Origin: Octopus sinensis
Lineage: Eukaryota
NCBI RefSeq assembly: GCF_006345805.1
Contig: NW_021825240.1
Span: 1 to 16,180 of the forward strand
DNA length: 16,180 nucleotides
Direction: 5' to 3'
How positions within the stretch are numbered: the stretch's first letter is position 1; each line of letters starts with the position of its first letter. The notes below the pieces were generated by a model that made no database searches, was not told where the DNA came from, and saw only the letters and a program-made list of their open reading frames with translations. Positions 9,375-16,180 of the stretch are shown one piece after another. The translations under genes were made by a program, and so were the position numbers.

Positions 9375-9897
9375 ATAAAACCCATCAAAATGGACATCAA
9401 CATAAAAACCAACAAAATGGACGCCAAAATTTACCGGTGAGCATTCATTTTAAACTTAGAAAATGAACCCAATTCCCTGAATTACGAGACTAAATTTCTC
9501 TGCTTTTAAATGATTAATAGAGGTTGATGAATTGGCCTGTGTTGCTTAAAGTCTACATACATTTCAACGTTATTCTTTGTACACAATAAAAATATTATGT
9601 AGCAATAAACCAATTATGAAAATTTCGGTAAACCGGATATTTGTTTATAACTTCGATGATACTTAAACAAATGAAAAGAATCAAAGTTTTATATTCTTCA
9701 TCATTTTTTTTTTTTCGATTATTAATTATTAAATATCACCGAGATATCTCAATGAATATTGTTGTTTCTGTGTTTGCTTTTGTTTTGTTTTCCTTGTTTA
9801 TATTACGATATGTCAATCGACTCAAGTTGTCTCTTAATGTCCATCTTTTGTCATTATTTCAAATCTTTACACACACACACATACACACACAGACGTA

Positions 9898-10088
9898 CGT
9901 ATGTATGTATATATGTATGTATGTATGTATGTATGATTGTATGTATGTATGTATGTATGTATGTATGTACGTACGTATGCATGTATGTATGTATGTATGT
10001 ATGTATGAATGTATGTATGTATGTATGTATGTATGTACGTACGTATGTATGTATGAATGAATGTATGTATGTATGTATGTATATATAT
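9898..10088 (+). repeat. (TATG)n microsatellite
   Basis: Directly visible. Confidence 0.97.
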
Positions 10089-10187
10089 ATACTGACGACA
10101 AGCAACTTCCGTACTTTAGGCTAATGTTTCAAATAAAGTTTTGGAAGATTGCCATTTCGATTCCAATGCTAATGCCACTTGAATGTA

Positions 10188-10189
<2 letters not shown>

Positions 10190-10223
<34 letters not shown>
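10190..10223 (+). repeat. (AAT)n microsatellite
   Basis: Directly visible. Confidence 0.95.
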
Positions 10224-10224
<1 letters not shown>

Positions 10225-11022
10225 GCCAGTTCATTTCTAAATATACGTCATGTCACTAGATAAATGAAGTCTTTCATTTTCGTCTTGAATTGTAATTGAA
10301 GATATTTTTTTTGTTTTGAATACAATATTCAAGTTAATAACTTTATGTAAAGTGGAAAATGCTTTGTAGCACAAATTTCACACTCCAACCCACCTAGAGC
10401 TGGTTTCGAGTCCCTGTTGAACACGATTTCTCTTATGATATAGAAACATTGTGAGAGGATTTATTCACTTCACAAAAATGCAAAATCTTTTCCTGTTTAG
10501 TCCTACGATACTCAATCTTTTGGGACTCGTCGATGGCTTTCATTCAATGGCGTTTCTTATAAACGCCTCCCCTTTCTGTTTTACGATGATGGACAAAAGA
10601 ACAGCAGGTTATCTTGATTAAAGGAAAGCTCTTATTTACCAGTGGTTTGCAACACATATTTCCTTATAATGTTCCACCCAGAAGGTGTCTTTACATATAT
10701 GAGTGAATTAGCGTCTCTTATGTTAAATTTTCTATGGGAATTACTACAGAAGACCTGCCGTGTTTGCCCGTGTATACGACGCACGCATTTATAAATTACG
10801 TCCACAAATAGCGCTAAATCTTGGTACAAATTCTTCTCCCTTCATATTCAAACTTGTGATTAGCCTTGCCTTATATATAAGTCGAACCCTAGTTCCTACT
10901 AGGTATATTTAAATATAAAATAGTGTGCAGTACGCATAAATAACTGCAGCATATTATGAAATTATACCGAAACTTGGCAGTTCATCAGTTACGTTTCTGT
11001 TCACCGATAACGTAATTGTTTA

Positions 11023-11156
11023 GGCATGGTTAAATGATAAATGGTTTGCTTTACAATCACACCGTTTGGCGTTCAATTCCAATGTGTGGCACCTTGAACA
11101 AATGCCTTCTTCTACTGCCACAAGTCAACTAAAGCCTTTGAGTCGATTTGGTAGAC
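11023..11156 (+). mobile_element. Old, diverged 5' half of a family X SINE
   Basis: GTGGCACCTTGAACAAATG...CTAAAGCCTTTGAGTCGATTTGGTAGAC aligns with GTGGCACCTTGGGCAAGTG...CCAAAGCCTTGTGAGT...TTTGGTAGAC. Confidence 0.7.
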
Positions 11157-11195
11157 TGTATTAATACCAAAAGGTAACATTAATCCCCGCTTAAA

Positions 11196-11629
11196 TGCGG
11201 TGAGCTGGCAGGATCGTTAGCACTCTTGGCAAAATGCTTAGCGGAATTTCGTCTGTTTGCACGTTCTGGGTTCAAATTCTGCCGAGGTCGACTTTGCCTT
11301 TCATCCTTTCGGGGTCGATTAAATAACTACCACTTACGCACTGAAGGTCGATATAATCAACTTAATCCGTTTGCCTATCCTTGTTTGTCTCCTTTGTGTA
11401 TAGCCCCTTGTGGGCAGTAAAGAAATAAGGATCGTTAGCACTCCTGGCAAAATGCTTAGCGGAATCTCATCTTTTTGCACGTTCTGGGTTCAAATTCCGC
11501 CGAGGCCGACTTTGCCTTTCATCCCTTTCGCGGTCGATAAATTAACTAGCTGTTGAACACTAGGGTCGATTTAATCGACAAGCAACCTCCCCAAAAATTT
11601 CTGGCTTTGTGCCAAACTTTGAAACCTAT
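11196..11629 (+). mobile_element. Tandem SINE dimer (family Y head + Y1 tail, then 5'-clipped Y head + Y2 tail) within one TSD
   Basis: Unit 1 spans 11197-11429 and unit 2 spans 11430-11629. The flanking direct repeat ATTAATCCCC(C)GCTTAAA is at 11179-11195 and 11630-11647. Confidence 0.88.
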
Positions 11630-11919
11630 ATTAATCCCCCGCTTAAACGTGGATCTTCTATTAGAATAAACAACACAAGATGTTCTGTTAGAATAAACTA
11701 GTTACAGTTTAACTAGTGTGGTAGTTACCATCAGAATTTCCCTCATGGTGACATAGGGTAATTACCATAAGAATTTCTCTTCCGCGGTATTTTGTTTGTT
11801 CAAACAGAACATCCACGTTTAAGCGAAACGAACGTATATTATATTATATTTGTGTGCGTGTATATATATATATTTGTGTGTGTGTGTGTATGTGTTGTGT
11901 GTGTGTGTGTGTGTGTGTG

Positions 11920-12170
11920 TAGAGGTGCGTGGCTAAGTGGTTTTGGGTGTGAGCATCATGATCGTAAGATTGTGGTTTCGATTCCTGGAACGGGCAACGC
12001 GTTGTGTTCTTGAGCAAAACACTTCGTTTCACGTTGCTCCAGTCCACTCAGCTGGCAAAAATGAGTAACGCTGCGATGGACTGGCGTTCCGTCCAGCTGG
12101 AGAACACATACGCCATAGAAACCGGGAAACCGGGCCCATGAGCCTAGCTAGGCTTTAAAAGGGCGCATTT
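11920..12170 (+). mobile_element. tRNA-derived SINE, family Z
   Basis: A box TGGCTAAGTGG (11930-11940) and B-box-like GTTTCGATTCC (11975-11985). The central TTCTTGAGCAAAACACTT...TTGCTCCAGTCCACTCAGCTG...AAATGAGTA is typical of conserved invertebrate SINE cores. Flanked by TG and TA repeats. Confidence 0.85.
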
Positions 12171-12189
12171 ATATATATATATATATATG

Positions 12190-12326
12190 CATGTTTGTGT
12201 GTGCTTGTCACCCATTGTTTGACATACATTGTTGGTTTGTTGACGTTACAATAACTTAACAGTTCAGCACAAGTTCCAATAGAATAATTACCAGTCTTTA
12301 AAAAGAAAAAGAAAACTACTGAAATA
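12190..12326 (+). mobile_element. Diverged 3' half of a family X SINE
   Basis: ATAACTTAACAGTTCAGCACAAG...ATAGAATAATTAC matches GTAACTTAGCGGTTCGGCAAAAG...ATAGAATAAGTAC. Confidence 0.65.
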
Positions 12327-12832
12327 ACAGATAACAGCCAAAATTTAGTGCACTGCTTCTATTATTTCATTTTTAAGAATAATCATAGCTCGACATTTGG
12401 CAGTTTCTCTTCTACTTGTAACCTAGCAACAGCCCCAACGGGAGCCGATTTAGTACGATGTAAACAAGTTTTTATGTATTGTTCAATTAAATTATTTCGT
12501 AACACAATTTCCATTTCATTTCACTTCATTTACGTCGCAAATTACCTTTAAGAACTAAATGACTCTCTCGGTCTCTTTTGTTTTATGTTTTTATTAACAA
12601 TATCTAAATCATTCGATTTAGATATTGTATTATCTGTAGCATTTACGAGGCTATAATGTAAAAAGAAGAAAAAAAACTCTGATAAAAGTGTACGTCAATT
12701 TATAAATATGTATGTAGCTATGTATCTTCACTACTTAACGCTGTGATTGTTTATTTGTGCGTGTGTGTCTATGTACGCATATATGTTTATATATTTATAT
12801 ATGTACGTATATATTTATGCATATTTGTTTAT

Positions 12833-12866
<34 letters not shown>

Positions 12867-12901
12867 ACCATTTTTGCGTATATATATAGAGAGAGAGAGT
12901 C

Positions 12902-13290
12902 GTAAGTAGCTTGCTTACCAACCACATAGTTCCGGGTTCAGTCCCACTCTGTGGCACCTTGGGCAAGTGTCTTCTACTATAGCCTCGGGCTGACCAAAGC
13001 CTTGTGAGTAAAGTTGGCAAATGGAAACCGAAAGAAGCCTGTCATATATATATATATATATACAGTCATATGTATATATATATATTTGCATGTCCGTATT
13101 TGTCCCCATCCCAACACCACCTGTCTTTACGCCCCCGTAACCGAGCGGTTCGACAAAAGAGACCGATTAAATAAGTACTAAGTACTAGGCATACAAAGAA
13201 TAATTCCTGGAATAGATTTATTACGACTAAAGGCTGTGCTCCAGCATGGCCGCATTTAAATGACTGAAACAAGTAAAAGAATAAAAGAAT
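12902..13290 (+). mobile_element. Family X SINE, missing ~20 nt at the 5' end
   Basis: Begins GTAAGTAGCTTGCTTACCAACCAC and ends GAAACAAGTAAAAGAATAAAAGAAT. Colinear with 770-1166. Confidence 0.9.
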
Positions 13291-13381
13291 ATGTATATGT
13301 TTATATATACATATATATATTATATATATATATATATATTCTATATGTATACATACACACACACACACACACACACACACC

Positions 13382-13436
<55 letters not shown>

Positions 13437-13540
13437 GTGTTTTACACACACACATATGTATTTACATACATCATATACATATATAAAAAATATTATATAT
13501 ATATATCTGCCTCTATATATCTTTGTATCTATCTTCGTCT

Positions 13541-13611
<71 letters not shown>

Positions 13612-13612
13612 T
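13290..13612 (+). repeat. Compound (TA)n/(CA)n/(CT)n microsatellites
   Basis: Directly visible. Confidence 0.95.
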
Positions 13613-13787
13613 CTCCGTATACGTACATACATGCTTAAGATATTTTAAAGGTTTATATCGAGAAGGTTGGCATATTTGAGCCATGTGTCTATCTCAGCAA
13701 TAAACACAAATCACAAAGCACGCACAGTTTTCTCTTTTAATACCCTTTTACAACATACTCAGTTTCAAAACACGATATCTCAGACAC

Positions 13788-13853
13788 TTATTTATTTATT
13801 CATTTTTATTCATTTATTCATTTATTTATTCATTTATTTATTTATTTATTTAT
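13788..13853 (+). repeat. (ATTT)n microsatellite
   Basis: Directly visible. Confidence 0.93.
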
Positions 13854-14352
13854 TGGATACCCATATCCTGTTATCTCTACCTCGGTGTTCAACCGTACTG
13901 ACAACCTCGAGTGACCTACCATGATGAATCGTTTCGTAAAATTTCACAGATTACTACGTTAAGGGTCTAACGACCATGGGAAGTGCCAAGTTTAGGGAAT
14001 GGTTTATATGGACGTAATAACGTATCTTTTCGAGAGATCCATTTATTTTAACCATAATCGGGTAACAAATTGCTTGTACTTCTTGCTAAATTCGAAACTG
14101 CCAAATATTTGTCAGCAGTGACATTAATCAGAGCTTGCAAAGAAGTTACAAATATTTCTTATCCTACGAAAGGAGTTTTTCAAATAATAGTTTGGTTCTC
14201 TTGCATTTCTAACTGTCCTTCTCTCTCTTCGTTTTTCTGTTAACGTTCAACATTCTTCTCTCCAAATTTCTATCAATAACACACACACACACACATACAC
14301 ACTCACATTCACACATTCACACTCACATACTTATACATACAGCTATATATAA

Positions 14353-14570
14353 GGTGGTGAGCTGACAGAATCGTTAGCACGTCGGGCGAAATGCTTAGCT
14401 GTATTTCGGCTGCCGTTACGTTGTGAGTTCAAATTCCGCCGAGGTTGACTTTGCCTTTCATCCTTTCGATTAATTAAATACCAGTTACGCACTGGGGTCG
14501 ATGTAATCGACTTAATACCTATGTCTGTCCCCTCTATGTTTAGCCCCTTGTGGGTAATAAAGAAATAGGT
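14353..14570 (+). mobile_element. Family Y1 SINE with small internal deletions
   Basis: GGTGGTGAGCTGACAGAATCGTTAGCAC...GAGTTCAAATTCC...TTTAGCCCCTTGTGGGTAATAAAGAAATAGGT. Confidence 0.92.
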
Positions 14571-14580
14571 ATATATATAT

Positions 14581-14739
14581 ATACTAATTAATTAAGGGTT
14601 CAGCAACGATTTGCCTCACCACACACCGAATTTAGAAATAGTAGTCAAAAAGTTTTGGCTAGTCTTTCTATTTTGACTGCTATTTCTAATTCGGTGTGTG
14701 GTGAGGCAAATCGTTGCTGAACCCTTAATTAATTAGTAT
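14581..14739. repeat. Inverted repeat: 70/69-bp arms with a 20-bp spacer
   Basis: 14581-14650 versus 14671-14739. One substitution and one 1-nt indel. Confidence 0.95.
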
Positions 14740-14843
14740 TACTTAACCTTCCTTGAATGGGTCTTTTACATGCCGAACTCTACTTGGTGAAATTAATGAT
14801 TATTTCTAAATTAATTAATTTCACCCTTTATTATTGATAATTG

Positions 14844-14879
<36 letters not shown>

Positions 14880-14880
14880 A

Positions 14881-15087
14881 AACATAAGGGGGATCAGCCA
14901 TCTGATTGTGGCTAGGGTCAGGGCGCGGTGGTGGGGGTGTTACTGATGCATTTAGCCCCAGGCGAACATCAACGTCACCAGCCCTTCTGGTGACGTTGAT
15001 GTTCGCCTGGGGCTAAATGCATCAGTAACACCCCACCACCCCCGCCCTGACCCTAGCCACATTCAGATGGCTGATCCCCCTTATGTT
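14881..15087. repeat. Near-perfect palindrome: 101-bp arms with a 5-nt loop (CCCTT, 14982-14986)
   Basis: 14881-14981 versus 14987-15087. Differences are limited to one A/T change and the G-rich run. Confidence 0.96.
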
Positions 15088-15717
15088 ATAGACCAGTTAC
15101 TGTTTATATCTCGCTCAGAGATTTATTATTGTTTATATATATATATATATACACATACACACATACACACAATACATATACACAGACATCGTATGAACCA
15201 TAACCAAAAAAACACCTTTTCATAGAAGTCAACGTGGGAGCCTAAACGTAATCATACGTAACAGCTAGAAATACTAAATCTACCTCAAATTACACCCGAC
15301 ACTTTTCAATAACGAAAAGTAAAGTTCTTTCATATTGTTTTAAATGTATCTCTAAATAGAATAGGATTGTCACGACTGGAACGCTTTTCCTCATAGACCT
15401 GATCATTCAGGTAAGACCATAGAATAAGCAGCATCAAAACCTTTCTTAGAACTTTTGTGTTGTGCATTTGTCGTTACCAGTAGATAGATTAGCCGTAGTT
15501 GATTATGCCCCAGCTTGGCCAGTAACAAGTCAACAACAAATAAACAATTAACATTTTAACATTCCAAACCCACCCCTAGCACAGTATTCCCATCTCTTCT
15601 GTTCCTCACTCTTTTCTTCTCTCTCTTTCACTCTCTCTCCCTCACTCCCTCACTCTCGCACTGCTTGCTCCGCTTTTATTCCACTCTTTATGACATTTTG
15701 TCTTTTTTATATATATA

Positions 15718-15879
15718 GGCGCAGGAGTGGCTGTGTGGTAAGTAGCTTACTTACGAACCGCATTGTTCCGGGTTCAGTCCCACTGCGTGGCACGTCGCGC
15801 AAGTGTCTTCTACTATAGCCTCGGGCCGACCAAAGCCTAGTGAGTAGATTTGGTAGACAGAAACTGAAAGAAGCCCATC

Positions 15880-15943
<64 letters not shown>

Positions 15944-16160
15944 TTGTGTGTCTGTGTTTGTCCCCCCAACATCTCTTGACAACCGACGCTGGTGTGTTTA
16001 TGTCGCCATAACTTAGCGGTTCAGCAAAAGAGAACCGATAGAATAAGTACTAGGCTTACAAAGAATAAGTCCTGGGGTCGATTTGCTCGACTAAAGGCGG
16101 TGCTCCAGCATGGCCACAGTGAAATGACTGAAACAAGTAAAAGAGTAAAGAGTAAAGAGT
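15718..16160 (+). mobile_element. Family X SINE, full length, with expanded internal (TA)n(TG)n
   Basis: Same head, core and tail as 770-1166. Confidence 0.93.
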
Positions 16161-16180
16161 ATCTCTGATTAATTCGTTTT

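Noticed and set aside
10632-10829. 65-aa minus-strand ORF in complex sequence
   Set aside because: No recognisable motif, weak splice signals and a length compatible with chance. BLASTX would be needed.
10960-11000. CTGATGA on the minus strand near GAAAC (possible hammerhead)
   Set aside because: The GAAA elements are on the wrong strand or in the wrong order, and stems I and II cannot form.
13919-13980. C/D-box snoRNA candidate (ATGATGA with CCATG/CATGG ends)
   Set aside because: There is no CTGA D box before the 3' stem.
14935-14981. Hammerhead-like CTGATG...GAAC within the 101-bp palindrome
   Set aside because: A9 is missing, a 6-nt insertion precedes a 3-bp stem II, and there is no A15.1-U16.1 pair.
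15180-15440. Probable old interspersed-repeat remnant
   Set aside because: It looks vaguely familiar but has no second copy in the window and no diagnostic boxes, so it cannot be supported from the sequence alone.

Overview
AT-rich, repeat-saturated eukaryotic non-coding DNA with no credible protein-coding gene. All long ORFs in the track are artefacts of simple repeats that lack stop codons. The mix of tRNA-headed SINE families and dense (TA)/(CA)/(AGAT)/(ATT)/(GAAA) arrays resembles octopus (coleoid cephalopod) intronic or intergenic DNA; this assignment is from recognition, not a database search. The window holds about 10 SINE copies or fragments from three head families, a 26-unit ~83-108 bp minisatellite and many microsatellites. 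The most notable content is three minimal type I hammerhead-ribozyme (HHR) motifs of the kind carried by Penelope-like retroelements (PLEs). Two are inverted copies inside one 459-bp insertion bounded by a 12-bp TSD (157-615). The third (8245-8294) has a compensatory G3:C8 core. Three further near-perfect palindromes share the same arm-spacer-inverted arm-3' extension layout and abut (TA)n tracts, suggesting a family of two-ended fold-back retro-insertions.
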